Below, in pieces: positions 10,964 through 21,418 of a stretch of DNA of 64,000 bases. Made by a program: the position numbers and the translations under genes. Location of the stretch: NCBI GenBank assembly GCA_963752155.1, contig CAVVXH010000011.1, positions 264,651 to 328,650 of the forward strand, read 5' to 3'. Every line of letters begins with the position of its first letter. Positions within the stretch are counted from its first letter, which is position 1. The notes beneath the pieces are model-generated. The model did not search any database and was not told the DNA's origin. It saw only the letters and a list, made by a program, of their open reading frames with translations. This DNA is from an uncultured Parachlamydiaceae bacterium (GTDB lineage: Bacteria > Chlamydiota > Chlamydiia > Chlamydiales > Parachlamydiaceae).

Positions 10964-13651
10964 ATGAGTAAAAATGCATCTATAAAAAACCATGACAACG
11001 CAAGCTCTAACATCTTGCTTTCCCTTTCTGACTTTAAACGGATTTGTCAAAAATGGAAACGACCCATTATCCGAAGTAGCTTACTCTGTGCAGCTTTAGG
11101 GGTAATTGTATCCTTACTGCTACCCGTTAAATATACCTCTGAAGCCACTTTTTATGAAAAAGCTAAATCTTCAAATGGCAGCAACAGTTCTACAAAAAAT
11201 ACTGCTCTGCTCTTGTTAGGAGAGGAAAGAGAAAATTCGGCAATCGTCATGCTAAAGTCTCGTAAAATCCTCGAGTCTGCAATCAAAAAACTCGATTTAC
11301 AAGCGACCATAGAGCCCTATACCATCCTTCCCACCGCAATCACTAAAATCATCCAACATCTCAACTATGCAAAAGAAAATCTGATGGCTCAAGGAGCCTA
11401 CCTGATTAGAAGCAAATATCCCATCATCAAGGATACAATTCCCGAAATAGTCGCAAAGAACCTCAACTATTCCGGAGAAGTTCCTTTATATTACGAGTTA
11501 CAATTCACTTCTCCAACAAAATATATCGTCATTGACTCGATCGAGGGAAGAATCGGAGAAGGTTCATTAGGCATCCCTTTTCAACGGGAAAATATACAGT
11601 TTACTTTGGAGGCAACTCCTCGCACAGCTTCTCATCAAAGCGCTTATCAAATGAAAGTCAAACCTATCCGTCAGATGGCCGAAGATGTATCCTCAGACCT
11701 AAAAGTTGTTTCTGACTATAAAGACAAATCATTTATCACCTTAACGCTACAGTTTCGATCACGCCAAGAAACAAGCACTCTTTTAAATGCTATCATGGGA
11801 GCTTACCGAAAACATTTACATGATGAACATCACTTAACAGTTGCGAGCCAAGTCGAGTACTTAAAAGATCGTCGTCATGATATGGAAGAACAACTTTCCA
11901 CAGTCATGCAGGAACACGCAGAACAACTTTCGGTTCATGCAGGGAATTTGGATCTGCTTGTAGCAACTCAACAAAATTTACAAAAAAAACTTCTTACTAT
12001 CGATCTTGAAATCAAACATATTCAACAAGTTCTCAATGAGGGTCCTCATCTTCAAGCTCAATATTCTTCAGAAAGCGATCCTCCATTTATCCATCAGACC
12101 CTAGCAGAAATCCGACGTTATCAACAACACTGTGACTCAATTGACATTGCATTAGGAAATTCATCCGACAAAAGTATTAAATTACATCCTATGCCTCTAA
12201 ATCCTCAATGGGAGAGATTAGCATCGATTCGACAGCTGATCCATGAGCAAACTCCTGCACAAGAATTTCAGGGAATCGATTTAGAAACCGCCAATGCCCT
12301 ATACCTTTCGCAATGTCGTGAATTGAGTGAAACAGAAGCAAACGCTAACCAATATAAATATATCATTGATAAAATTCCAAATCCAGACTTTGAAATGAGT
12401 TCTTTGATAGCCATTTTGACTGATCCTGTAAGCCAAGAGATCGTTAAAAAGGCAAGTACACTCGCTGTAACTATAAAAGATCAATCCAATCGCACTCAGA
12501 AAGAACTCGAGCGTTTAAATCACGATTTAGATTTACAACGAAACGTTCTTAGCATCCATTTGAACCACATCATCGAAATTTCAAAATTGCGAGCAGACTT
12601 TCTTCGCTCTAAAATTAAATCCATTCAGGCTGTCACTTTTGAACTACTTCAGCAGAAAATTTCACTATTGGAAAAATCCTTATATGACTACGCAACGTCC
12701 CGTCTCAACAGCTTAAAACATGAACAAACTTTGATCCTTCAACAAAAACAGGCTTTACAAAATGATTTTGAAAAGCTGCCTGAACAATGGGCAACAGAAA
12801 AGCTTCTCAATCTATATCTTCAAACAGATGCCACCGTCATGCAAACTATTGGAAGCTTAATTGAATCAAAAAATATTTCCGATCATTTAGAAATGTCTCT
12901 CTCAGCTCCTTTTGATTCGGCAACCCCTCCTTTGCATCCTAAATCCCCCCACCTTCTCATTTGGGCTCTTCTTGGAGCTTTCTTAGGTGGTGTAGGTATG
13001 ACGTTCTTTGCAATCACTCAAGCTGTCAAAGAAGGTATTGATGCTACAGAAGATAATTTATGTCTAGCGGGTCAACACGTTGCAGGGGCTCTATCGCCAA
13101 ATTACCCAAAAGAAGAAAATCTTGAAACGTTAAGACATTTGGCAGCTTATCTTTGCCCGATACAAACTCAAGTAATCAATTCGAATCGTGCTGAAGCTCT
13201 GCTTTTACTTGAAAATAATGGCTATAGCTACGCTGCAGAATTTGCAGAACTCCTCAGCAAACGAAACCTTAAAGTTATCCTCATATGGATGACATTCGAT
13301 GCAGTAGAAAGCTCATCAGATGGGTTATTATCCTATCTACAGGGCTTTTCAAAAAAAATCGAAATCAAACACGAAACGTCATTTGATGAGATCTCTGCTG
13401 GAGGTACAACGTCCTATAATGTGGAACTTCTTGAATCACCCACATTTCAAAAGTTATTATCTCAATTGCGAGAAAATTACGATTATATTATTGCTGTTAG
13501 TAAAGCTTCTCTCCTAAGCGCAGAAGCTGAGGCCCTTCTTGCACTATTTGATGGTGCAGCGATAACAATTACAGACCAAAAACTGCATGAACTTGACGGT
13601 TTCTTTGCTCAAGAGAAAAAGCATTCCTTTATCATCTCATATCCGGAGTAG
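10964..13651 (+). CDS. Wzc/PCP-type polysaccharide co-polymerase with degenerate kinase domain
   Basis: Two TM segments, coiled-coil periplasmic region, proline-rich pre-TM2 motif 'ATPPLHPKSP'; follows wza; no Walker A seen. Confidence 0.75.
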   Translation: MSKNASIKNHDNASSNILLSLSDFKRICQKWKRPIIRSSLLCAALGVIVSLLLPVKYTSEATFYEKAKSSNGSNSSTKNTALLLLGEERENSAIVMLKSRKILESAIKKLDLQATIEPYTILPTAITKIIQHLNYAKENLMAQGAYLIRSKYPIIKDTIPEIVAKNLNYSGEVPLYYELQFTSPTKYIVIDSIEGRIGEGSLGIPFQRENIQFTLEATPRTASHQSAYQMKVKPIRQMAEDVSSDLKVVSDYKDKSFITLTLQFRSRQETSTLLNAIMGAYRKHLHDEHHLTVASQVEYLKDRRHDMEEQLSTVMQEHAEQLSVHAGNLDLLVATQQNLQKKLLTIDLEIKHIQQVLNEGPHLQAQYSSESDPPFIHQTLAEIRRYQQHCDSIDIALGNSSDKSIKLHPMPLNPQWERLASIRQLIHEQTPAQEFQGIDLETANALYLSQCRELSETEANANQYKYIIDKIPNPDFEMSSLIAILTDPVSQEIVKKASTLAVTIKDQSNRTQKELERLNHDLDLQRNVLSIHLNHIIEISKLRADFLRSKIKSIQAVTFELLQQKISLLEKSLYDYATSRLNSLKHEQTLILQQKQALQNDFEKLPEQWATEKLLNLYLQTDATVMQTIGSLIESKNISDHLEMSLSAPFDSATPPLHPKSPHLLIWALLGAFLGGVGMTFFAITQAVKEGIDATEDNLCLAGQHVAGALSPNYPKEENLETLRHLAAYLCPIQTQVINSNRAEALLLLENNGYSYAAEFAELLSKRNLKVILIWMTFDAVESSSDGLLSYLQGFSKKIEIKHETSFDEISAGGTTSYNVELLESPTFQKLLSQLRENYDYIIAVSKASLLSAEAEALLALFDGAAITITDQKLHELDGFFAQEKKHSFIISYPE

Positions 13652-13659
13652 TACTGAAG

Positions 13660-14727
13660 ATGGAAATAGTTTCGTATCTCGATTTAAACGGAGTCCTTTC
13701 CGAAAGCTACCACGATACGATAGATCCGAAAATACTTCTCAAGGGTTATCGAACGATGGCCTTGACTCGACATATCGATGAACGGATGATCACTCTGCAA
13801 AGACAGGGAACGATCACCTTTGCGATGAGTTCCCTTGGAGAAGAAGCTTGTTCAGTAGCAAGCGCTGCTGCATTACAGCCGCAAGATTGGATGTATCCTC
13901 AATATCGTGAAGCAGCAATATTTTTTTGGCGTGGTGGAACCCCTCAACAATATATCCACCATATGTTTTGCAATGAAATGGATATTCTTCAAGGGCGTCA
14001 AATGCCCAATCATTTCGGTTCACGTCAGCTGAATATTGTTCAGGTCTCTTCCCCAATAGGCACTAAAATTCCTCACGCAGCAGGATGCGGCTATGCAATG
14101 CGCATAAAAAAAGAAGATGGCGTAGCTATTTGTTACTTTGGCGAAGGAGCCACCTCCGAGGGAGATTTTCATGTTGGAATCAATTTTGCCGCGGTCCGCA
14201 AATCTCAAACAATCTTCTTCTGCCGTAATAATGGTTACGCCATTTCAACTCCCTGTAGCGAACAATTTGCTTCTGATGGTATTGCCCCAAAGGGCATTGG
14301 CTATGGGATTCAATCCGTTCGCGTAGATGGAAATGATTTTTTTGCTGTCTATGATGTAGTAGCTAAGGCGAGGGCCCATTGTCTTGCTGGAAAAGGGCCT
14401 GTTTTAATTGAGGCCATGACCTATCGAATGGGAGCACACTCCACTTCAGACGATCCCTCCATTTATCGCAAAGATGAAGAGGTCAAAAGCTGGGAACCAA
14501 AAGATCCTCTTCTACGTTTAGGCCTCTATCTTAAAAAACAAAAACTCATGAATGATGAACAAGAATGTCTACTGCAAAAATCTATCACTGAAGAAGTCGA
14601 TGTGGCTATAGCAGAAGCTAAGATTTGTAGAAAACCCTCTTTACGCTCCATGTTTGAGAACGTTTATTTTGAAGTCCCTTCTCATCTTGAACGTCAATAC
14701 GAACAACGCTTACAGGAGAACGTGTAA
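13660..14727 (+). CDS. bkdA1: Branched-chain 2-oxoacid dehydrogenase E1 alpha
   Basis: TPP motif GEGATSEGDFH...NN, YRMGAHSTSDDPS. Confidence 0.9.
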   Translation: MEIVSYLDLNGVLSESYHDTIDPKILLKGYRTMALTRHIDERMITLQRQGTITFAMSSLGEEACSVASAAALQPQDWMYPQYREAAIFFWRGGTPQQYIHHMFCNEMDILQGRQMPNHFGSRQLNIVQVSSPIGTKIPHAAGCGYAMRIKKEDGVAICYFGEGATSEGDFHVGINFAAVRKSQTIFFCRNNGYAISTPCSEQFASDGIAPKGIGYGIQSVRVDGNDFFAVYDVVAKARAHCLAGKGPVLIEAMTYRMGAHSTSDDPSIYRKDEEVKSWEPKDPLLRLGLYLKKQKLMNDEQECLLQKSITEEVDVAIAEAKICRKPSLRSMFENVYFEVPSHLERQYEQRLQENV

Positions 14728-15704
14728 TGCCTGTCATGAACATCATTCAATCCCTCAATCATACCCTACATGAGGCATTTGCTGCTGACGAGCGATTATT
14801 GACTTTTGGAGAAGATGTGGGTGCTTTTGGCGGTGTCTTTAGAGTAACATCCGGTCTTCAAAAGGAATTTGGTGATGCACGTTGCTTTAATACTCCGCTT
14901 GCAGAAGGGGGAATTATCGGGTTTGGAATTGGTATCGCACAAAAAGGTCTTAAGCCTATTTGTGAAATACAATTTGCCGACTATATTTTTCCTGCTTATG
15001 ATCAAATTGTCAATGAACTTGCTAAGATGCGATATCGCACGGGTAATCAATACAGTACTCCACTCATTATTAGAACACCTTGCGGTGGAGGAATTCACGG
15101 CGGCCACTATCATTCTCAATCCCCCGAAGCCCAATTCTTGCACACTCCAGGTCTCAATGTCGTTTATATTTCATCGCCTTACGATGCTAAGGGGTTATTA
15201 CTGACTGCTATTGAAAGCAATGATCCAGTACTTATCTTCGAACCGAAACGACTCTACCGTTCATTAAAAGAAGAGGTTCCTCTCGAAAAATACATGATTC
15301 CATTCGGACAAGCCCACATTGCACGGAGGGGTAAATCCATCACTCTTTTAGGATGGGGCGCGCAACATCATCAAAACTGCCAAGCTGCCGATGAATTACG
15401 AAAAAGCCACAATCTTGAGGTTGAAGTCATCAATTTGCGCACATTAAATCCACTTGACCTTGATGCAATTGTTAACTCCATAAAAAAAACAGGACGCTGC
15501 GTCATTGCTCATGAAGCCCCTCAGACAATGGGATTTGGAGCTGAACTTGCGGCCCTAATCATGGAGGAATGTTTTCTGTATCTCGAAGCCCCTGTCAAAA
15601 GATGCTGTGGCCTTGATACCCCTTTTCCCAACGCCCTGGAGAATGAATATTTGCCGGAAGCTCCGCGCGTCAAACAAGCAATCCTGGAAGTGATGGAGTA
15701 TTGA
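14727..15704 (+). CDS. bkdA2: Branched-chain 2-oxoacid dehydrogenase E1 beta
   Basis: GEDVG.FGGVFR, EIQFADYIFPA, HGGHYHSQSPE. Confidence 0.92.
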   Translation: MPVMNIIQSLNHTLHEAFAADERLLTFGEDVGAFGGVFRVTSGLQKEFGDARCFNTPLAEGGIIGFGIGIAQKGLKPICEIQFADYIFPAYDQIVNELAKMRYRTGNQYSTPLIIRTPCGGGIHGGHYHSQSPEAQFLHTPGLNVVYISSPYDAKGLLLTAIESNDPVLIFEPKRLYRSLKEEVPLEKYMIPFGQAHIARRGKSITLLGWGAQHHQNCQAADELRKSHNLEVEVINLRTLNPLDLDAIVNSIKKTGRCVIAHEAPQTMGFGAELAALIMEECFLYLEAPVKRCCGLDTPFPNALENEYLPEAPRVKQAILEVMEY

Positions 15705-16919
15705 ATGGGAACTATTTTCACTGTAACTTTTCCCGATATTGGAGAAGGTGTCGTCGAGGGGGAAGTGATTGAATGGCACAAAAAAGAAGGGGACTCGGTT
15801 AAACAAGATGAGCCTGTTGTGATGGTCATGACCGACAAGGCCACAGTAGAGCTCCCCTCTCCTCATCCCGGAATATTTAAAAAGCAATACTATGCGCCCG
15901 GGGAAATGGCTATTAAGGATAAGCCATTATACGATATTGAACTAGCTGAAGGTCAAAAGGGAGAGCAAACTGAACGAACCAAGAAAACTGATCCCATTCA
16001 TCATTCTGAACAAAAACAAGCAATTCCCGTTCCTCCTACATCTAATGAGTCTTCCATAGGTAAAAATTTAGCGACTCCAAAAGTTAGAGGACTTGCGAAA
16101 GAATTAGGAATTTCGATCGAAGAGATCCATGGAACAGGCAAAGATGGAAGAGTGACTTCTGAAGATCTGCGTCAAAAAACTATGTGTTCGATGACTTCGG
16201 TAACTCCTTTGTGGCATCTACCAGGAGACACGGAAATGCCGATCATAGGCATTAAAGCGCGAATGGCCAAAAAAATGACCGAATCGAAAGAACTGATTCC
16301 TTCATTTTCTTATTTTGAAGAAGTTGAAGTTACCCGTTTAATTCAATTAAAAGCGAGCATGAAAACCAAAGCCACGCAAGAAGGAGTCCATCTGACATAC
16401 ATGCCTTTTATTCTCAAGGCACTTTCTGCATGTATCGTTAAATTTCCTTTTTTGAATAGTTCGTATGATAAAGAAAATTCGAAACTTATTTTACACCGTC
16501 AACAAAACATTGGTATTGCTGTAGCGACCCCTTTAGGGCTGATTGTACCTGTATTAAAGGAAATTGAGAAGTTATCATTGGAACCCCTCATCCGCAACTA
16601 TGAAGAGCTCATTTTGCGTGCGCAGCAAGGTAAATTGCATCCTTCGGATATGAAAGAAGCGACTTTTACTGTCAGTAATTTTGGCAGCAATGGAAGCCAT
16701 GGACTGTGGGCAACCCCAGTCATTAACTACCCCGAAGTGGCGATTCTTGCCATAGGGAAGATCCATGCACAGCCGGTTGTGAGAAATGGAGAAGTTGTCG
16801 TGCGAGAAATGCTCAATTTATCCTGGAGCTTCGACCATCGAATTATCGATGGAGAAGCAGCAGCACATATTTCGAGTCATCTATGCAAGCTGTTGCAAAA
16901 TCCAGCGAGTCTACTTTAA
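15705..16919 (+). CDS. bkdB: Dihydrolipoamide acyltransferase E2
   Basis: Lipoyl domain (TDKA), E3-binding domain (ATPKVR...GTGKDGRV), catalytic DHRIIDG. Confidence 0.92.
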   Translation: MGTIFTVTFPDIGEGVVEGEVIEWHKKEGDSVKQDEPVVMVMTDKATVELPSPHPGIFKKQYYAPGEMAIKDKPLYDIELAEGQKGEQTERTKKTDPIHHSEQKQAIPVPPTSNESSIGKNLATPKVRGLAKELGISIEEIHGTGKDGRVTSEDLRQKTMCSMTSVTPLWHLPGDTEMPIIGIKARMAKKMTESKELIPSFSYFEEVEVTRLIQLKASMKTKATQEGVHLTYMPFILKALSACIVKFPFLNSSYDKENSKLILHRQQNIGIAVATPLGLIVPVLKEIEKLSLEPLIRNYEELILRAQQGKLHPSDMKEATFTVSNFGSNGSHGLWATPVINYPEVAILAIGKIHAQPVVRNGEVVVREMLNLSWSFDHRIIDGEAAAHISSHLCKLLQNPASLL

Positions 16920-16932
16920 GGCAGGAAATCAG
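16803..16932 (+). repeat. Direct repeat copy 1 (3' end of E2 gene plus 13 nt), putative att junction
   Basis: 130 bp matching 25785-25914 with 6 mismatches. Confidence 0.95.
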
Positions 16933-16952
16933 GACATAAATCGCTGAACATA

Positions 16953-17984
16953 TCAAAATAGAGTGCAGCTAACACCAAGTGATTGCAGGTTTTCACCAGG
17001 CGCGATGATCCCTTTTACAGCATTCATCATTGCTACTCTTTCTTCACAACTCATTTTCCTTAAGGCTATCAGCTCTTGACTTTTTATTTCTTGACGTTTT
17101 AACTGCGCTCGGTTCTCTTCTTCAAGCTTTTTTTGTGCAAAGCCTAAGTCCACCTCTTTATTTTTTAGGCGATTTTCTCGCTTTGCATTCTTTTCCTGTA
17201 AACTCTGCTTTCGATAATCTATGTCTTTTTGATGTGCAAATACTTCACTTTGTAACTGCATTTCAAAGGCCCGATACTTCTCTTTTGAAGCAAATTGAGC
17301 ATGTTGTAAAAATAAACCAAACATTTCTTTTTCTTCGTTAAGTTTTTGGACACGCTTAGTCAATTCAATTCCAAGCTCGTGATTTTGTTGATCCCTTAAA
17401 ATCTGTGCTTGTTCAGCGACTAGGTGAATTTCTGTCATTCTCGCTGAAAATAATAGGGTGATTGCTCTTTCACATTTTCCCAACTGATCCTGTTGATTGA
17501 TGAGCGCAATCGATCTTTCCGCATGAGAAAAAAGAGCTTCAATGAGCTCTTTGATAGCATTTCCCCAAGATTGGAAATTCTGAACATCGGCAGGCACAGC
17601 AGTACCTGCACGAATTTTATTATGTACATCACGAAAGTACTCTAGACGAAGTCCGATTAATTGTTTTGTTTCTGTTCTGCAGTCTTGGATAATTCCCCTA
17701 ATTTGTTTTCTATCATCTTCTAAAATTTCGTACTGAATGTTTAAGATTTCCATCATTTTACTGTGAATTTCCAGTGTTGCTTGTGATGTAAGGAGCCCTC
17801 CTTGTAAACTGGTCAGGGTAGCATCAGCGCTGCGATTAGATACATTAAGCCCATACGGATCCGCACGATCGATCCCGTAATTAACACCATGGGCAGACGC
17901 ATTCACCCCATATGGGTCTCTTCGATTAATCCCATAGCCACCATCATACTGATGACCAGCAACTAAATTATATGGATCTGCCAT
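16953..17984 (-). CDS. Coiled-coil protein with C-terminal CaaX box (CTLF) and N-terminal DPY repeats
   Basis: 343 aa; AAGGAG RBS; E/Q/K-rich helices; ends GVSCTLF. Confidence 0.85.
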   Translation of the reverse strand: MADPYNLVAGHQYDGGYGINRRDPYGVNASAHGVNYGIDRADPYGLNVSNRSADATLTSLQGGLLTSQATLEIHSKMMEILNIQYEILEDDRKQIRGIIQDCRTETKQLIGLRLEYFRDVHNKIRAGTAVPADVQNFQSWGNAIKELIEALFSHAERSIALINQQDQLGKCERAITLLFSARMTEIHLVAEQAQILRDQQNHELGIELTKRVQKLNEEKEMFGLFLQHAQFASKEKYRAFEMQLQSEVFAHQKDIDYRKQSLQEKNAKRENRLKNKEVDLGFAQKKLEEENRAQLKRQEIKSQELIALRKMSCEERVAMMNAVKGIIAPGENLQSLGVSCTLF

Positions 17985-17994
17985 AAAATCTCCT

Positions 17995-18828
17995 TTATTG
18001 TAGAATGCATCCAGTTTTTTGTTTAGGTGGTCTATTTTCCCGTGCTTCTATCCTACGGGTTTGATTGGTTTCTTTAATTTCTAGGATTCTCTCTTGATGA
18101 GCAAGAGCCTGACGCTCAGTTTGGAGTTCTAATTTTTTCTGCTTAAAGCCCAATTTTTGTCGTTCTATTTCAAGCTGTTGATCATCCTTTTGTTTTTGAT
18201 ATTGAAAAACTTCTCGTTGCTGTTCTCTAGCATAACCATCCTGTTCTCTTTCTAGAGAAATTTTCTCTTTCTCAATGAATTGATTAAACTTTTGCTCTTG
18301 CACTTGAAGTTCCATCTCTTTTCGTTTGACTGTCATTTCAAAATCTGCTTTTCGACATTCGATATCTAATTTGATTAATTCTTTATATTCATTCAAAAGC
18401 TTTTGCCTTAAATCAAACATAACTTTAAATAGCGCATCATATTTATCGGGATCAAAGCCTGCATCTTGCAGTTCTATTGCCCTTGAGGCAGTTTGATAAA
18501 TGAGGTTAAGATAGTTTTTATATTCCTGTGAAATAAATGTGTATGCTTTAACTGTTTCTTGATCCAAACCTCCTTGTTCCCTAAATCGCCTGGACATCTC
18601 TTGCAGATCAGCTCTTGCTTCGGCTTGTACTTCTATTGATTCTTTTAACCATTGATTGCAAATTTCTTTAATCTGATTCTCTTCTATTCTGATCTGATGC
18701 GAATGATTACGGAAAGCAGCTGTGATGTCGGCAAACAATGCTTTTTGATTGACATCAAGCTGTTGAAGTTGGTTGTTAGCCCTTTCAATAAGAGGCATTT
18801 GATTTGCTCTATAAACCGTTGGTTCCAT
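17995..18828 (-). CDS. Coiled-coil protein with basic tail and CaaX box (CILQ)
   Basis: Likely start ATG 18828 (MEPTVYR) after AAAGGAG; ends RPPKQKTGCILQ. Confidence 0.85.
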   Translation of the reverse strand: MEPTVYRANQMPLIERANNQLQQLDVNQKALFADITAAFRNHSHQIRIEENQIKEICNQWLKESIEVQAEARADLQEMSRRFREQGGLDQETVKAYTFISQEYKNYLNLIYQTASRAIELQDAGFDPDKYDALFKVMFDLRQKLLNEYKELIKLDIECRKADFEMTVKRKEMELQVQEQKFNQFIEKEKISLEREQDGYAREQQREVFQYQKQKDDQQLEIERQKLGFKQKKLELQTERQALAHQERILEIKETNQTRRIEARENRPPKQKTGCILQ

Positions 18829-18880
18829 GATTTCTCCTTTTTTTCTAGAAAAAATAAAGCGAATTGCGTAGTTGTTATTC

Positions 18881-20467
18881 CTAATCTGGTCCCATGAGAT
18901 CAATTACTCTTTTTTGGGCCTCTTTGTTGCCGTTTACAACATCTTTTATGTCTTGCTCCGTAATACCCTTTGCCCTAAGCAGATCGTCTACCCTTTCTTG
19001 GGATGTCATGTATTGCAAAAACTTCACAGATTTTTCCCCTACTCCCAAACTTTGGGCTACCGTAGCTAATACAAAACCATATGGATTTTTCTTGATTAAC
19101 CAAGGAGCTAAATCAATTGTATTACTAATAATCTTCTCGACGAATGACAACTCAACATCTTCATTTTGCTGCTGGTTTTTTGGTTGGTCTTGCAAATTAT
19201 GATTGGTATGGACATTGGGGATTTGAGGATTTTCTTGTCTACGGCTACCAGAAAAACTCAGAGTTTGATGAGACATTGCTTGTGGAGATTGAATTGGAAA
19301 TTCTACTTTCTTAGGTTGAGCATTCAGTGGACGCGGGCTGGGCTTATCAATGGTAGAGCTTATAGTCAATGAAGAAGGGTTCGGACTTGCTTGCAAGACT
19401 CTTGGAGCTGGATTTGTGGAATGGAGATGACTACCCCTTCCGATTTCAGGAACTTTGCTATTTAATACACGTCCAGATTGAGCTTGAGAAGCAAAATGGG
19501 GAATCACTTGCCCCGCTAGAGAAATGATTCGGTCGAAAGAGGCAATCCTATCTTGCGAATTCATTTTTGCTAATTCTACATGTTCAATACTGCTAATTTT
19601 CCTCATTTCTATATCTCGTGTATTACTTTGAGCATTAAGGTTACACTCACGATGATAATCAAGTTGTTTATTCTGTACCTGATTATCTAATCGAACTTTC
19701 TTCTTTTCTAAATCGAATTTCGCAAAGTCGAATTTTTCTAAGTGATCTTGTTTTCTCATGGTCATCATATTTTCAAATTGTCTCTGATTTTCTTCAGAAA
19801 GTAACTTTGCTCTTACTAAAACCTGCTGAAATTTCTGTGCTTCTTCTTGAAGAACGAGGTTTCTCTGCTTAATTTCTATTTCTAATTCATGATTTTCCTG
19901 TTTGCGTAATTCTTCCATACGAGTTTTAACTTCTTGTATATCCAGCATCCTCCCACGGAAAATTGCTTCAATCTCAGATAGATAATCATCGAGTTTCTTT
20001 TCTCTTAGTTGCTTGGCAAGAGAAAGAGCTTGAACAGCGATGTGGAAGCAGTGATCGTTGTATTCACAAACAGCTTTTTTTACAAACTGCCTTCGTCGTT
20101 CTGCTTGTTGTATGTCTCCTCCTTGACGAACAAACTCAATTTCTTCAAGAGTCACTTCTTTAAATTTTTGGGTCATGATCTTGGAGTCTCTTTGCCAATC
20201 GTCACATTTTTCTTCAACATCCCAATCTTCTGCAGTAAACGTGGGCACTGTTACATCGGAAATACGCCTGCCTCCTCTTGTTGACAACTCTTTTGCCAAT
20301 TCATGGCTAGGCAATGACTCCTGTTGATGCCGACTATCCCAAGAAGTAGAATCAAAAAGATAATTACCCGAAGCAACATTTTGTACTGGGTTGATTTGTT
20401 GCGTTGAATTAAACTCAAATCCGCCCCAGCTTGTTGATATTGAATTTTTAGATACCCCTGTTTGCAT
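18881..20467 (-). CDS. Coiled-coil protein with P/S/Q-rich disordered linker and small C-terminal domain
   Basis: Likely start ATG 20467 (MQTGVS), which avoids overlap with the upstream gene; shares a motif with neighbours. Confidence 0.8.
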   Translation of the reverse strand: MQTGVSKNSISTSWGGFEFNSTQQINPVQNVASGNYLFDSTSWDSRHQQESLPSHELAKELSTRGGRRISDVTVPTFTAEDWDVEEKCDDWQRDSKIMTQKFKEVTLEEIEFVRQGGDIQQAERRRQFVKKAVCEYNDHCFHIAVQALSLAKQLREKKLDDYLSEIEAIFRGRMLDIQEVKTRMEELRKQENHELEIEIKQRNLVLQEEAQKFQQVLVRAKLLSEENQRQFENMMTMRKQDHLEKFDFAKFDLEKKKVRLDNQVQNKQLDYHRECNLNAQSNTRDIEMRKISSIEHVELAKMNSQDRIASFDRIISLAGQVIPHFASQAQSGRVLNSKVPEIGRGSHLHSTNPAPRVLQASPNPSSLTISSTIDKPSPRPLNAQPKKVEFPIQSPQAMSHQTLSFSGSRRQENPQIPNVHTNHNLQDQPKNQQQNEDVELSFVEKIISNTIDLAPWLIKKNPYGFVLATVAQSLGVGEKSVKFLQYMTSQERVDDLLRAKGITEQDIKDVVNGNKEAQKRVIDLMGPD

Positions 20468-20495
20468 AAAACTTACCCTTATTAAAACAATTGAT

Positions 20496-21368
20496 TTACT
20501 GAATCGAACAACGTTTATGGTGATGATGACCACGACCACCTCTTGGAACTGGTTGTTGGACTGGCCGTGGAGCTGGTGCTGCAGGGGCAGGTGGAAGACC
20601 AACTCCTTCACATTCTACGCTACCTGGTTTCACTAATTTATTTACCCAGTCAATCTCAGGCGGGATTGCTTTCACTTTCTTGTTTACGTGATTTCCTTTA
20701 ATGAAGATCTGTGCAACAGCAAGTTCATTTGCGTGAGCTTGTATATACTTATCAAAAGTCTCCTGCAGCATATTCCTTTCCACTGCTTCTTTTTGTAGTT
20801 GCAGTTCTTGTACTTTGTTCATTTCTTGGAGCTTTCTAGCGTTTTCTTGATTCCTTGCGATTTCTTCTATCTCTCGTTCTCTTTCTCGGATTTGTTGTTG
20901 AGCTCTTTCAAACTCTAAGTTTCTTTGTTGGATAATTCCTGCTGCTTGACTTGACTGTTGGAATGCTTCCCATTGGGCCTTTAATACCATGTCAATAATA
21001 TTTTGAACTCTCTCTATGGAAGCATTTTGCATTTCAAGTGCTTTAGTAGCAAACACTTCAAATGTCTGAGCTTGACTATCTTTTGCCAGAACCATAACTT
21101 CCTTATAAATTGCTATTAATTCTTTTTGCTCAGCAAGAGGTAATCCTTTTATTTCTTGAAGAAGCTGTTGATGCGTTTGTGATATTGCGTCTCGAGCTAC
21201 TTTGTAAGCTTGTACCAATTCTTCTTGTGTCCTCGTATGATCTTCACCAATTTTTTGCATAATTCCTTGGACAGCCACTATTACTTGAGGTGGAAGTTGT
21301 ATTATCTGTCCGTCTTGGTTATAAGCGTCAACGATATTGTTTAATCCACCGATTGCCACTGGTTCCAT
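20496..21368 (-). CDS. Coiled-coil protein with Pro-rich and His/basic tail and CaaX box (CSIQ)
   Basis: 290 aa; GAGGAG RBS; ends PRGGRGHHHHKRCSIQ. Confidence 0.85.
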   Translation of the reverse strand: MEPVAIGGLNNIVDAYNQDGQIIQLPPQVIVAVQGIMQKIGEDHTRTQEELVQAYKVARDAISQTHQQLLQEIKGLPLAEQKELIAIYKEVMVLAKDSQAQTFEVFATKALEMQNASIERVQNIIDMVLKAQWEAFQQSSQAAGIIQQRNLEFERAQQQIREREREIEEIARNQENARKLQEMNKVQELQLQKEAVERNMLQETFDKYIQAHANELAVAQIFIKGNHVNKKVKAIPPEIDWVNKLVKPGSVECEGVGLPPAPAAPAPRPVQQPVPRGGRGHHHHKRCSIQ

Positions 21369-21418
21369 TTTTTTCTCCTCTCATTTGCGTGGGCTTGGAC
21401 ATATTTATCAAAAGTTTC

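Noticed and set aside
18829..18903. N-terminal extension of the 302-aa ORF
   Set aside because: Overlaps the upstream gene; a strong RBS precedes ATG 18828
20468..20611. N-terminal extension of the 576-aa ORF
   Set aside because: Overlaps the 3' end of the upstream CSIQ gene; ATG at 20467 is more plausible
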